64,000 nt of DNA from Candidatus Latescibacterota bacterium (GCA_963662665.2 CAXXJS010000037.1:47860-111859), one strand, 5' to 3'; shown: positions 9,219-19,491, numbered from the stretch's first letter. Numbers and translations: made by a program. Notes: generated by a model from the sequence alone, not told the origin.

Positions 9219-10248
9219 ACCCCGCACCGCCCTCCCCCGAGACTTCCTCAAACCGTTGCAGCACCTGGTCGGGTGACGCGGTGCCCGTCGTACCGATCTG
9301 CTGGATGGTGATGGACGACACCAGAACGCCGACCCGTGCGGCATCGACGTACGAGGCACCCGCGCAAAGCGCCGAGACAATCCCCGCGGAAACGCTGTCC
9401 CCCGCGCCCACAATATCGATGGGATCGGGCACCGGGATACCGGGAACCTGGTCTGTTGCCTCGCCGTCGGCGCAGAGGATACCCTCGGGACCAAGTGTAA
9501 CGTAGACGGGCCGCCCGGTGCGCTCCAGGAAAGACCGAACGGCGGCGTTCAGACACGTCGCCCCTTCCGTCCCGGAATCCCGGGAAGCCGCCTCGAACGC
9601 CTCTTCGCGGTTGACCTTGACAATCACATTGCGGAAAAGGCCGATGTGCGAACGGGAATCGGCAAGAAACACGACGTCGGGATTCTCAGCGGCGAGCCGC
9701 GCGATACCCGCCCGTACGTGATCCGTGATGACGCCGCAATTACGTTCCTGGACCTGGTCGAGTACAATCACACCGTGAACCTCGCCCGACAGATTCTCCA
9801 TGGCGGCGAGGATATGGTCTTCAACGTCTCGCGGGAGTGGCGCACGATTCTTAATATCCAATCGTTCCATCTCCTGACCGGTCGTGCTGAGAACAGGTTT
9901 TGTATAAGTTGGCGTAACGCGGTCCGAAACCTCAATCAGATGCTCCGTTCCCACGCCCGTCGCACGAAGGCCGACCTTCAGATCGTATCCCTCTCCATCT
10001 TTGCCAATCGCCCCGAGCGCACGGATTTGCCCCACGCCCAGGGCATTCAGGTTGCCGGTCACCGTTCCCGCCGCACCCGGCCGGTTTCGGACCTGTACGA
10101 CCTGCCGGGCCTCCATCCCGGTCTCCAGAGATCGTTCAGCGAGGCCAGGATCGACTATGAGATAGCGATCCAGGAAAAAGTCCCCGACAACCAGGATAAC
10201 AAGGTCCGAAAACCTTCCCAGCAGATTTTGAAGATCGGAATGGGTCAT
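9208..10248 (-). CDS. PfkB-family sugar kinase (RfaE/HldE kinase-like)
   Basis: ILVVGDFFLDRY, PGAAGTV, KVNREEA, VTLGPEG, DIVGAGDS anion-hole motif. Confidence 0.9.
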   Translation of the reverse strand: MTHSDLQNLLGRFSDLVILVVGDFFLDRYLIVDPGLAERSLETGMEARQVVQVRNRPGAAGTVTGNLNALGVGQIRALGAIGKDGEGYDLKVGLRATGVGTEHLIEVSDRVTPTYTKPVLSTTGQEMERLDIKNRAPLPRDVEDHILAAMENLSGEVHGVIVLDQVQERNCGVITDHVRAGIARLAAENPDVVFLADSRSHIGLFRNVIVKVNREEAFEAASRDSGTEGATCLNAAVRSFLERTGRPVYVTLGPEGILCADGEATDQVPGIPVPDPIDIVGAGDSVSAGIVSALCAGASYVDAARVGVLVSSITIQQIGTTGTASPDQVLQRFEEVSGEGGAGFKC

Positions 10249-10290
10249 GGAGAAATCGGGCCACCCCGGATTGCGGGCGGCGACCGGATT

Positions 10291-11103
10291 TTACGTATTC
10301 AGGAGAAAGTCCACGAGTAACTCCTGACGCCGAAAATCCGGTACTATCAGATCCGCTCCCGCTTGAATCAGACGTTCGCGTTTCCAGGCATTCACGCCCC
10401 GCCGGCGAGCCTCATCCGACGCGACGCCCACGGCCGTACCGCCCGCCGACTTGACGTTCTCAATTTCCACGTATCCATCGCCAAAGCCCAGCAACTCCCC
10501 GCCCTCGATCTCCTGCGAGGCGATAAGATCCCGGATTACCCGTTCTTTGGAGAAGTCCTGATATTGGTCCAGTGCGCCGTAGATACGTTCTTCAAAGAAG
10601 GGCGTCAGCCCCAGCAGGGCGGCCTCTTCTTTAACGTACATCTCGTCTGTACCACTTGCCAGATAAAGCGTAAGTCCACGGCGTTGCAGGTTGCGAAGAA
10701 GATCCAACGACTTCGGCACCATCAGTTCTTCCGCGTTGACCGCTCTGGAACGGAGGCTTTGAACGCGATCCCGTATATGACCATTGAGCCGTTCGTGATA
10801 GCTGTGTTTGTAGGCGACCGGATCCGGTGGCGTCCCTCCGCGTTTTCGCACTTCCTCGGCAAGCTGGATCATCTGGTAGATGGTCTGTTTTCCGGTAAGC
10901 CGGTCGACAAAGTCAGCTACAACATGTTCAAGTTGGGTTTCGGTTTCGCCGGTCTTGCACTCGCCAAGCGTTTCAACCATCATCGGCACCATGATTTCCC
11001 GCCAGCCCTGGCGAATCAGCGAGAGGGTTCCGTCGAAATCGAAAAGCACCGAGCGGAAACGACCCCGGGTCATTCCGTGGTTCACGCATTCTATTTCAGC
11101 CAT
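10291..11103 (-). CDS. HAD-superfamily phosphatase
   Basis: Motif I LFDFDGTL, motif II LASGT, motif IV GFGDGYVEI. Confidence 0.88.
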   Translation of the reverse strand: MAEIECVNHGMTRGRFRSVLFDFDGTLSLIRQGWREIMVPMMVETLGECKTGETETQLEHVVADFVDRLTGKQTIYQMIQLAEEVRKRGGTPPDPVAYKHSYHERLNGHIRDRVQSLRSRAVNAEELMVPKSLDLLRNLQRRGLTLYLASGTDEMYVKEEAALLGLTPFFEERIYGALDQYQDFSKERVIRDLIASQEIEGGELLGFGDGYVEIENVKSAGGTAVGVASDEARRRGVNAWKRERLIQAGADLIVPDFRRQELLVDFLLNT

Positions 11104-11351
11104 TCGCAGGCAATCGGAGCTATTTGGAGCGACCACTGATTACCTCATTTTCGAGAAAAACCGAACATTTGTCCGGCTGCACCGCGCAATCTAATTGTGC
11201 AACTGAAATTGTCAAGACGTTTAACCTTTCTGAACCATATGGTTTTGGATTTAAATCTGCTTGTGAAATTTTAATTCTACATTATCTTAATATTGTATCT
11301 GTTTTGTCATCGATAGTGAGGGAGGCTGAACGGACGTTTCAGGGTCCGGAT

Positions 11352-12020
11352 ATGGATCGGCGAGTTGTGCAGCGTTCAACCACCCGTAAGGGTGAATTGC
11401 AGCTTGCGTCCGTTCAAGACGGCACGGTCACCCATTTCGAACTCATTGTCAACGATGTCTTCCTGATGGCAACGTACAATGCCTCGTCCAACCGGGCATT
11501 GGCGGACACCGTTATGGAAACATCGAAGTCCCGCAAGCACATCAACCTTCTCATTGGCGGGTTGGGGTTGGGAATCTCGCTTCGGCAGGCGCTCGGCTAT
11601 TCCAACGTGGATTCCGTGTGTGTCGTGGAACTGGAATCGCGGATTGTAAACTGGAATCGCGAATACCTGGGCAATACCGATATTCTGGACGATGCCCGCA
11701 CAGAAGTGGTGGTGGGCGATTTTTTCGATTACATTCAGGGGAATCCCCGAAGCTATCACGGCATCGCATTGGATATCGACAATGGTCCCGACCGGGTCGT
11801 GCATTCGGAAAATCGCCGCGCGTATAGCGTTTCCGCACTGCATACGCTCAGGACACGGTTGCGTCCCGGTGGAACCCTTGCGATCTGGAGCCACGCCGTC
11901 AACAGTTCGTATGAACGCGCGCTGGAGAGAGTCTTCGGGGGGATGACTAGACGGCAAACGTGCGACCACAACCTGACCGGGAAACCGCTCGATAGTGTGA
12001 TATACGCGGTTCGGGCCTGA
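11352..12020 (+). CDS. Spermidine-synthase-like SAM-dependent transferase
   Basis: LLIGGLGLG, VVELE, LDIDNGP, LRPGGTLAIWS; start taken at ATG 11352. Confidence 0.8.
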   Translation: MDRRVVQRSTTRKGELQLASVQDGTVTHFELIVNDVFLMATYNASSNRALADTVMETSKSRKHINLLIGGLGLGISLRQALGYSNVDSVCVVELESRIVNWNREYLGNTDILDDARTEVVVGDFFDYIQGNPRSYHGIALDIDNGPDRVVHSENRRAYSVSALHTLRTRLRPGGTLAIWSHAVNSSYERALERVFGGMTRRQTCDHNLTGKPLDSVIYAVRA

Positions 12021-12056
12021 CCGGCTGGTAAAGACGACCTGAAAGGAATTGTCTGG

Positions 12057-13361
12057 ATGAACAAAGACTCACTCACGATTACGGATAACCGCACCGGCAA
12101 CACTTACCATGTTCCGATTCTGTACGGAACGTACCCTGAATACGGCGCCGCCGTTCGGACGGCCGACTTGAAGGAGATCAAGGTTTCCGAAGACGATTTC
12201 GGGTTGCTCGGATACGATCCATCGTATCTGAATACCGGCTCCTGCCAGAGTTCAGTGACATTTATCGACGGTGAGAAGGGAATCCTCAGGTACCGAGGAT
12301 ATCCGATCGAGCAACTCGCTGAGCACAGCACCTATCTGGAGACCTCGTATCTGCTGTTATATGGAGAGTTGCCCGGACAGGCGGAACTGGATGCCTGGAA
12401 CGAGTCGGTGATGACGTACGTGAGGACCGAACCGAAGTTGAACGAATTGGTGAACGGTTTCCGCAAGGGTTCCCACGCAATGGGTATGATGGTGGGCGCG
12501 TTGGGATCTTTGTCCACGTTCTACGAAAACGCGAGAGAAATCGGTTCCGAAGAAGCTCAGGAACAGCACATCCGCCGGTTGATCGGAATGGCTTTAATGG
12601 CGGCGGCAGCGGTGTACCGCCGAAGCCAGGGGCTGGATTTTGTGGAACCCGATCCGTCATTGGGGTTTTGCGGCAACTATTTGAAAATGCTGTTTGGCGG
12701 AACGACCGCATATACGCCCGATCCGGCGCTGGAACGGGCGCTCGAAGTCCTTTTGATTCTGCACGCCGACCATGAACAGAATTGCAGCGCCAGCACGATG
12801 CGCGGCGTTGGCAGCAGCGGGGCAGACCCCTATTCAGCCGCCGCCGGGGCCGCCGCCGCACTGTACGGACCGGCGCACGGGGGCGCAAATGAAGCCGTGC
12901 TGAAGATGCTGAACGAGATCGGGTCAGTTGACAATATCCCGTCCTACATCGAGCGGGTCTATAACAGGGAAGTACTCCTGCAGGGCTTTGGGCACAGGGT
13001 ATACAAGAACTACGATCCCAGAGCAGCGATCATCAAGAAGACCGCCGAGGAGGTGTTCGAAGTTACCGGAAAGAATCCGCTCATCGACATCGCGGTGGAA
13101 CTTGAGCGCATCGCGCTCGAAGAAGAATTTTTCGTATCTCGCAGACTCTATCCGAACGTCGATTTCTATTCGGGCATTATCTACCAGGCGATGGGCCTTC
13201 CAACGGACATGATGACGGTAATGTTCGCGGTGGGCAGAATGCCTGGCTGGCTGGCGCAATGGAAAGAGTTGATGCACGATTCGGAGCAACGCATCGCGCG
13301 TCCGCGGCAGATCTACATAGGTGAAGACATCCGGGACTATACGCCGATGGGAGAGAGGTAG
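12057..13361 (+). CDS. gltA: Citrate synthase (type II-like)
   Basis: IDGEKGILRYRGYPIEQLA, LHADHEQNCS, GPAHGGANE, GFGHRVYKNYDPRA, YPNVDFYSG, RIARPRQIY. Confidence 0.97.
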   Translation: MNKDSLTITDNRTGNTYHVPILYGTYPEYGAAVRTADLKEIKVSEDDFGLLGYDPSYLNTGSCQSSVTFIDGEKGILRYRGYPIEQLAEHSTYLETSYLLLYGELPGQAELDAWNESVMTYVRTEPKLNELVNGFRKGSHAMGMMVGALGSLSTFYENAREIGSEEAQEQHIRRLIGMALMAAAAVYRRSQGLDFVEPDPSLGFCGNYLKMLFGGTTAYTPDPALERALEVLLILHADHEQNCSASTMRGVGSSGADPYSAAAGAAAALYGPAHGGANEAVLKMLNEIGSVDNIPSYIERVYNREVLLQGFGHRVYKNYDPRAAIIKKTAEEVFEVTGKNPLIDIAVELERIALEEEFFVSRRLYPNVDFYSGIIYQAMGLPTDMMTVMFAVGRMPGWLAQWKELMHDSEQRIARPRQIYIGEDIRDYTPMGER

Positions 13362-13391
13362 GAGACGGATCCCAAGCGACAAGGTTCTGAG

Positions 13392-13440
13392 AAGACAAGC
13401 GCGCAAAAGCCGCCGGCTTTTGCGCGCTTGTCTTTCTTTG
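13392..13440. terminator. Long hairpin, probable bidirectional intrinsic terminator
   Basis: aagacaagcgcgcaaaagcc-gcc-ggcttttgcgcgcttgtctt followed by tctttg, between convergent genes. Confidence 0.8.
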
Positions 13441-13484
13441 GCTGTTGGCAGGGAAGTTGAGAAGGGTAAGAACCCCTTATATTG

Positions 13485-13775
13485 CTAATTCAATGGATGT
13501 GCATCCATGTACTCGCGCACGGCATTCTTGATGACTGTCTGAATCCCTCCACCGTGTTTCCTGCAGTATTCAAAGGTTTCCCGGTCAATTGGAATCTGCG
13601 CCAGCATGTCGGTCTTTTTCCAATCTTCACCGCTCATGAAAGGTGGCGCGTCCGGGTCGGAAAGCGCGGCCGCGTTCAAGTCAGCTTCCGACAACCCCTT
13701 GACCCGACCCCAGTCTGTCCGTGAATCTATTGGCAGGTCATCACGGGAATATCTCACGATATTTTCTTCGTTCAT
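13485..13775 (-). CDS. BrnA-family antitoxin (RHH-type)
   Basis: MNEENIVRYS...SRTDWGRVKGLSEADLNAAALSDPDAPP...IPIDRETFEYCRKHGGGIQTVIKNAVREYM; start overlaps the BrnT remnant. Confidence 0.75.
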   Translation of the reverse strand: MNEENIVRYSRDDLPIDSRTDWGRVKGLSEADLNAAALSDPDAPPFMSGEDWKKTDMLAQIPIDRETFEYCRKHGGGIQTVIKNAVREYMDAHPLN

Positions 13776-13821
13776 TTCGATTGGCTCTCCGTGCGGAAAT
13801 GATTCGAAGGCGTCTGTTGCG
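13741..13821 (-). pseudogene. BrnT-family toxin, 3' remnant only
   Basis: Alternative frame reads RNRRLRIISARRANRNERRKYREIFP*, the canonical BrnT C-terminal RIISAR motif; the 5' part is missing. Confidence 0.75.
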
Positions 13822-13985
13822 CCCACGGCGTCCAATGCGCCGTCGATGACGGTTTCGGCGCCGCCCTCAACGAATCCGAATCTCTTGAGGGAACTGTGAA
13901 AGAGAAGGGCATCGCCTTTCCGGAGGCCGAGAGCGGCGAAGCCTTGAAGGACGTCGTCCTTGTGAATGGAATTCCGGTTTGCCAT
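13815..13985 (-). pseudogene. AAC(3)-family aminoglycoside N-acetyltransferase, 5' fragment
   Basis: MANRNSIHKDDVLQGFAALGLRKGDALLFHSSLKRFGFVEGGAETVIDGALDAVG matches the AAC(3)/YokD N-terminus, then similarity ends. Confidence 0.75.
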
Positions 13986-14184
13986 TGAATTTGGTGGAAT
14001 CCGATCGACGACCATTGCTTCGCCAGACCTAAAAGAAAAAATAAACCGGCGATATTACTTCAAACCGCCGAGGCTGAAAGACACTTATAAGCCTTCACGA
14101 ACTACAGAATACAGAAACTTTCTGTCTGATCAGCCTCCGGCGTGAATTGTTGGCGGGTCATATCAATGAATATGAGATTTCAAA

Positions 14185-14400
14185 TCAGAGCTTGGACTGT
14201 ATGCGCACTTTCTTGATCTCATTGACGATCTCGTCCAATGTCATATCCTCGAAGATCCGCTCCCGCTCCTGGGTATAATCTCCGTAACCCATCGTAAATT
14301 GATTGATGAAACGTATCGTGTTCGCGATACCGATCTCTTTGGAAAGCACTTCGAGGGCTTCTTTGGTTATTTCGCTTAAAGCTTTCTCCTGAACTGTCAT
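14185..14400 (-). CDS. Small putative antitoxin partner of the PIN toxin
   Basis: 71 aa, ATGA overlap with the upstream PIN gene; ALEVLSKEIGIANTIRFINQFTMGYGDYTQER; AT-rich. Confidence 0.7.
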   Translation of the reverse strand: MTVQEKALSEITKEALEVLSKEIGIANTIRFINQFTMGYGDYTQERERIFEDMTLDEIVNEIKKVRIQSKL

Positions 14401-14837
14401 TCGCTAATCTCCGAAATGAGTTCGGTGGGTGAAACTATCCGCACTCGAAGACTTCCCAATGCCTCCGATCGGCTCAGAATTCTATCATCACAAGTACAAA
14501 AATAATCAGTTCCTGCTACTTCTGCGCTTGCCAAATGCAATGCATCCATTGGTTTGAAACCTGATTCAACCAGGTCGCGTGATCTGTCCTCAACCCGGTC
14601 GTTTATTTCAACCGAAATTGACGCCTTTGACATTACTCTGAATGCAAACAACCTTCGAAGAATATTTGGATTTCTAAATGCCTCGTAAAGAAGCGTTTCA
14701 GATCCTACCAGTTCAAGTTCGCCCGATTCACAAAGGCCGATCAATCCCAATACCGCCTCCGATTCAATAGTTATACGAATCTGAGTCTTACTGTCCAGGG
14801 GACGTTGCAAGCTACAATTATCAAGATATATCTTCAT
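14397..14837 (-). CDS. PIN-domain (VapC-like) ribonuclease toxin
   Basis: MKIYLDNC...MDALHLASAE...YFCTCDD; AT-rich relative to flanks. Confidence 0.85.
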   Translation of the reverse strand: MKIYLDNCSLQRPLDSKTQIRITIESEAVLGLIGLCESGELELVGSETLLYEAFRNPNILRRLFAFRVMSKASISVEINDRVEDRSRDLVESGFKPMDALHLASAEVAGTDYFCTCDDRILSRSEALGSLRVRIVSPTELISEISE

Positions 14838-14969
14838 AGTTTACAATATCATATCGGATATAACCGGGTCTTCTCCACCAAAAATACCGCTAACAAGGTC
14901 AATAATCAAGGCAAAACATCCAACAAAGCAGGAGCGGAGAGAAAATGATGATCTTGCAGCGTGCCTTAG

Positions 14970-15129
14970 CAGTCCGTTGAAAAAGTCGCTCTGCAGGCGA
15001 GGCCGAGTCATTGTGGCCGAAGACAAGGCGCGCGACCGCGTCGAATCGGGGGATTCGGGGAGGGAGCGCAACGCAGTCATTCGGCCACAAGGGCCGGACG
15101 CAGCCCGGATGGACTTTTCCAACGGGCTG
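14970..15129. mobile_element. 160-bp MITE (IS5/IS1182-like ends) with TTAG target duplication
   Basis: Left end cagtccgttgaaaaagtc, right end gacttttccaacgggctg (16/18 inverted match); ttag at 14966-14969 and 15130-15133; no transposase. Confidence 0.8.
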
Positions 15130-15293
15130 TTAGATCTTCAAGAGTGTCAGGTACACGTTTCCCGGTTCCCCCGACATGCGCTCACGGCCCTTCAGTTCTA
15201 CGAAATCCTTTCAATAGACAACTTTCTTCTCCGTGCGACAGTACTTGTCAGCGGCTTTCGCTTTTTGGGTGCCGCTGTCGAAATCGTCGTTCG

Positions 15294-16790
15294 TCAACCC
15301 TTCGATTCCGCCAAATAGCCGGCAACCTTGTCTTGTCCTGCAAAACGCGCCCAGTCTTCTGCGGTGCCATCGTATCGATGGTCTCTTATAGTCACGTCGA
15401 TTCCTTTGTCAACGAGATATACAACCTGTTCCATGCGGCCGGCGAAGGCGCACTCGTGCAGGACGCTGGCCGGTTCGTGGGTACTCCATCTCGTGTTGAT
15501 ATCGGCGCCGTGATCCAGGAGATAATCCGCTATTCGGAAATTGCCGTTCCGGACGGCCCAGGCAAGCGCACGATCGACGACCTCCTGAATGGTTGTCAGA
15601 GATGATTGCCCCGGCTGAGAGAGGTACACGGATGGATCGTCCAACCGCGGATAGCCGTTGGCGAACCTCTTTGCGATCGCTTCCAGGTCGCCCAGACCGG
15701 CAGCATGGGGGAGATCGTCCGGCACCTGCCAGACCTGCGACAGTGCCGGAACGTAGTCGGCATGCCCGTATTCGAGAGCATACGAGATAGCGCAAGACGA
15801 CGGCGGTTCAGCCGCGGATGCAATGGCAGCGCCACTGCCGATCACGACCTCGATCACCGGCAGCGTTCCCTCGGAGTAGGCAGCGACCTCAAGCAGCCTT
15901 TTCTGGGTATCGAGATAACGAGGGCCCAGGAAAAAGGGTTCGGCAGATAGCAGATCACCGATGGCCTCTGCGTCGCCCTCGTCCAGTGCGGCGAGCAGGC
16001 GCAACTCCACGGCCCGGCTCCAGATCAGACCGTGGGCGTCGCCTGCCTCCCGGTAGGAGCGAACGCGCCTTCTGGACTCGGGCTGTTTCTCCAGCAGGAA
16101 ATCGATGAACGCTGCTTCCCCCTGCCAGGCCTCGACGCGGATCCGGAGATCTCCGTCGAACTGAAAACAACGGTGCAGCAGGTATTGGGCGACGTCGCGA
16201 TGAGCCAGCCTGCAGGCGTAGAGAAAGGCATCGGCCACGATCAGCCGATCGTCCGCGGGATCGGGCCAGTCCTCCTCGGCGCCGGCGTACCCGGAGCGGA
16301 GTTCCGCTTCCGGGCGCCCTGTGCCGAGCAGAGCGCCGGCAGCGTCGAAACATTTCCGCACCTTGTCGAGATCGCCCCGCGCGGCGAAGATACGCAGGTT
16401 GTCGGGCAGCACACCCATCTCGTCGAACAGCGCGAGCATGCCGTGGGCGCCGGTGTCGATCGTCCTGAGGTAGACCCGGGGGTGCATGACCGCGCCGGCG
16501 TCGAGCAGCAGGCGCGCGCAGTCGGGCCGGTTGTAGACCGCTTCGTTCTCCGCGCCGGGGAAATTGGCGTACGAGGTCGTGGCATGGAGCAGGGCGGGAC
16601 CTTCGTCGTGCTCGCTCCGGATGAGCAGGCCCGGGTGCTTTGCAATAAGGCTGCCCAGGCGCGCGGTGTCATTGGCGTGGATCGCATTCACCGCCGCTTT
16701 GGCGGCTCTCTGCATTCTACCGGAGCATTCGCAGTTGGCATCGCTTCTCATTGAAACCTGCCTCCCTTTCACCATCGCCGCCTCCAGCAT
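15294..16790 (-). CDS. Ankyrin repeat protein
   Basis: ARLLLDAGA, LYACRLAHRDVAQYLL, ALAWAVRNGNFRIADYLLDHGADIN, SVLHECAFAGRMEQVVYLVDKGIDVT. Confidence 0.85.
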   Translation of the reverse strand: MLEAAMVKGRQVSMRSDANCECSGRMQRAAKAAVNAIHANDTARLGSLIAKHPGLLIRSEHDEGPALLHATTSYANFPGAENEAVYNRPDCARLLLDAGAVMHPRVYLRTIDTGAHGMLALFDEMGVLPDNLRIFAARGDLDKVRKCFDAAGALLGTGRPEAELRSGYAGAEEDWPDPADDRLIVADAFLYACRLAHRDVAQYLLHRCFQFDGDLRIRVEAWQGEAAFIDFLLEKQPESRRRVRSYREAGDAHGLIWSRAVELRLLAALDEGDAEAIGDLLSAEPFFLGPRYLDTQKRLLEVAAYSEGTLPVIEVVIGSGAAIASAAEPPSSCAISYALEYGHADYVPALSQVWQVPDDLPHAAGLGDLEAIAKRFANGYPRLDDPSVYLSQPGQSSLTTIQEVVDRALAWAVRNGNFRIADYLLDHGADINTRWSTHEPASVLHECAFAGRMEQVVYLVDKGIDVTIRDHRYDGTAEDWARFAGQDKVAGYLAESKG

Positions 16791-16877
16791 ATGCGCCCAT
16801 GAACCAAGGAATGGGACGAGAATATGGCCGAACGGAATATGTGCTTCATTGAGACATGAACTATCGGATCGTTATTT

Positions 16878-18224
16878 TCACTTCCGCGTTCGAAGCGCGT
16901 CGTCGACGGCCGAGGCCAGTTGATCGACGTGCTGTTCATCCATTGGCAATGAGACGTTGCCGCCGAGTTTCCAGTAGATCCCGCGGTTGAGCAGGGCGAA
17001 GAAGAGCCATCGGTGCAGAAGCTGGTTCTCTCGGGCTGCTTCGCGGTAATTTCGCGGCCTCTCGGTAAGGAAGTGGATCCGGAACAGGGAGCCCGACGTT
17101 GTGACCTGCGCATCGACGCCGGCATCCTGGAAAACGCATATGAGCCTGCCGGCAAGGCGCCTTGTCAGGTTATCCAGCCTTTCGTAGGCTTCCGGCGTGA
17201 GCAGGCGAAGGGTCGTTAGGCCCGCGACGATGGCGATGGGGTTGGCGTTATACGTGCCGGAGTGAGGGATTTCCGGCGCGCCTCCGGCGGGGTTGTAGAG
17301 GTCCAGGACGTCGGAGCGGCCGCCAATCACGGCGCCAGGGGTGCCGCCCGCCACGACTTTGCCCAGACACGTGAGGTCGGGGCGGACGCCGTAGGCTTCC
17401 TGTGCGCCGCCGCGGGAGATGCGGAAGCTGACGATTTCATCGAAGATGAGCAGGACGCCGGCGTGTTCGGTGATTTCGCTCAGTCGCGACAGAAAGCCGT
17501 TTACCGGAAGGGTAAAGCCCGCGGCAGTGGAAAGCGGATCGACAATCACCGCGGCCAGATCGTTCCGGTGTTCGTTGATGATGGCATCGCAGGCGTCGGC
17601 GTCATTGAACGGGAGGACGACCACATTCTCGATGGCCTGCGGGGTGAGGCCGCGTGACGAAGGCACGGATTCGGGCCTTTCGGCCGGTCCCAGGTTCCCT
17701 TCGAGCGGAGGGACGTGGCTGACCATAACGTATTCATCCATCCCGTGGTACGCCCCTTCGAATTTCGCGATTTTGGTTTTGCCGGTGAAGGCGCGTGCGG
17801 CGCGGATGGCATTGAGAATGGCTTCGGTACCGGAACTGCAGAAACGCACCTTTTCGAAGGAGCCGACGCGGTTCTTCAGGAATTCGGCCATTTCGACCTC
17901 AAGGGCAAGCGGCCGTGAGAAGCCGGTGCCGAGGGTTATCCGTTCCTGCAGGGCGGCGACAATATCGGGGTGGGCGTGGCCCAGGATGAGGGCGGTGTTA
18001 TTATTCACGAAATCGAGAAGGCGATGGCCGTCCAGGTCGAAGAGATGGACGCCTGCGCCGCGGTCGGCGTAGACCGGGTACGGGTCGAAGTGGACGCCGG
18101 TTCGCGTGTTTCCGCCGGGAAGAGATGCCTGGGCGCGTCTGAACATCTCACGGGAACGCGGGTGGCTGTCCATGTATTCGGCAATCTGCCGATCCAGCGA
18201 TGCCCGGAGATTTTCTGAATCCAT
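16878..18224 (-). CDS. Class III PLP aminotransferase (glutamate-1-semialdehyde aminomutase-like)
   Basis: LPGGNTR, DLDGHRLLDF, SSGTEA, KFEGAYHG, LIFDEIVSFR, LGKVVAGG, HSGTYNANP. Confidence 0.9.
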   Translation of the reverse strand: MDSENLRASLDRQIAEYMDSHPRSREMFRRAQASLPGGNTRTGVHFDPYPVYADRGAGVHLFDLDGHRLLDFVNNNTALILGHAHPDIVAALQERITLGTGFSRPLALEVEMAEFLKNRVGSFEKVRFCSSGTEAILNAIRAARAFTGKTKIAKFEGAYHGMDEYVMVSHVPPLEGNLGPAERPESVPSSRGLTPQAIENVVVLPFNDADACDAIINEHRNDLAAVIVDPLSTAAGFTLPVNGFLSRLSEITEHAGVLLIFDEIVSFRISRGGAQEAYGVRPDLTCLGKVVAGGTPGAVIGGRSDVLDLYNPAGGAPEIPHSGTYNANPIAIVAGLTTLRLLTPEAYERLDNLTRRLAGRLICVFQDAGVDAQVTTSGSLFRIHFLTERPRNYREAARENQLLHRWLFFALLNRGIYWKLGGNVSLPMDEQHVDQLASAVDDALRTRK

Positions 18225-18500
18225 GTATTCCTCACCACGACAGGGCCGGCGCCGAAGACGGAGAAGGTGAAGTGTCCCGGCATTCGGCAATGTATAATTG
18301 GATTCAAAATATCGAAAAATCGTAAGAGATTCCAAAGGTTGTTTGAAGCCTCGGGCAATGGATACGACTCAGCAGTCCCTATGGACGCTTCCAACGGGCT
18401 GGCGGGCGGAAGAGGTTGACTTGCCCGGGATACGGGCGTAGCATATAGCGGGTGTTTCCGACAGGCTGACGTGATATCGACGTATGGCGGAGGTATCGTT

Positions 18501-19487
18501 ATGACGGGCTTCGAAGTCAACGAGTTGCCGCGGCTTACCGGCGACCTGGCGGTGGCGAAGTCAAATATCGAGCGGTTCGGATATTGTCTGCTGAAGGACG
18601 CGTTGAGCCGGGACCAGGTGGCGGCCATGCGTCAAAGGCTGGTGGAACAGGCGGAGGCGGAGAGGCAACTGGGCGCGGCATATGAAGACGGAGGGCCCGA
18701 TCAGAACTGGGGATCGTTTCGGGACGAAAGCGGTCGGGTGCGACCGGAGGCGTTCACCGAGGCACACGGGGGCGTCAATCAGCGGCTGTGGATGTTGATC
18801 AACAAGGGTCGTGTGTTTCACCAGGTGTTGTTTCAGGAACGGGTGCGGGAGGTGATAAGCCATGTTCTGGGCGAGGAGTACCTGCTGTCGAGCTTTACCG
18901 CGAATATCGCCAGGCCAGGCGGGGTGGAGATGGACCTGCATACCGATCAGTGGTGGATGCCCTCGCCCACGCGTCCTGGCCGAAAGGCATTGCCGGTGGG
19001 CTCGATCACCCGGGAGCGGTTTGATACGGACGTGGACGACGCATCGCCGATGATCGCACCGGCGGCCGCGGTGAACGTGCTCTGGATGCTCGTGGATTTC
19101 ACCGCCGGAAACGGTGGGACGCGCGTCGTTCCCGGCAGCCATTTGTTCGGTCGGCATCCCGAAAAGGCGGCTGACGTAGAGGCGGTGGCCGCGGAGGGCC
19201 CGGCGGGTACGGCGCTGATCATCGATGCGCGGATCTGGCATGGAACGGGGGCCAACGTGACCGGCGGCCAACGGCTGGCGCTGCTCACGACCTTCTGCGG
19301 CCCGCAGTTCCGGCCGCAGGAGAATTTCACCGTTGGCACATCGCCCGAAGTTCTGAACGATGCCCCTCCCGAGTTGCTGGCGCTGCTCGGTTTCAAGGTG
19401 TGGAACGCGTACGGCCGTGTTGAAAACCCTGCGGTGGAGTTCATTTCTCCGGGCGAATCGTCGCTGGGGGAACTGCGGCCGGAGTAG
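18501..19487 (+). CDS. Phytanoyl-CoA dioxygenase family (Fe/2OG) protein
   Basis: LHTDQ (HxD), DFTAGNGGTRVVPGSH, IWHGTGAN..R. Confidence 0.9.
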   Translation: MTGFEVNELPRLTGDLAVAKSNIERFGYCLLKDALSRDQVAAMRQRLVEQAEAERQLGAAYEDGGPDQNWGSFRDESGRVRPEAFTEAHGGVNQRLWMLINKGRVFHQVLFQERVREVISHVLGEEYLLSSFTANIARPGGVEMDLHTDQWWMPSPTRPGRKALPVGSITRERFDTDVDDASPMIAPAAAVNVLWMLVDFTAGNGGTRVVPGSHLFGRHPEKAADVEAVAAEGPAGTALIIDARIWHGTGANVTGGQRLALLTTFCGPQFRPQENFTVGTSPEVLNDAPPELLALLGFKVWNAYGRVENPAVEFISPGESSLGELRPE

Positions 19488-19491
19488 AGTT

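Noticed and set aside
13485-14015. Functional aminoglycoside resistance gene
   Set aside because: Only about 57 N-terminal residues of AAC(3) are present; the catalytic region is missing.
16878-18224. Assigning hemL
   Set aside because: GSA-aminomutase-like but divergent (PGGNTR rather than PGGVNSPVR) with no tetrapyrrole gene context; left as a family-level call.
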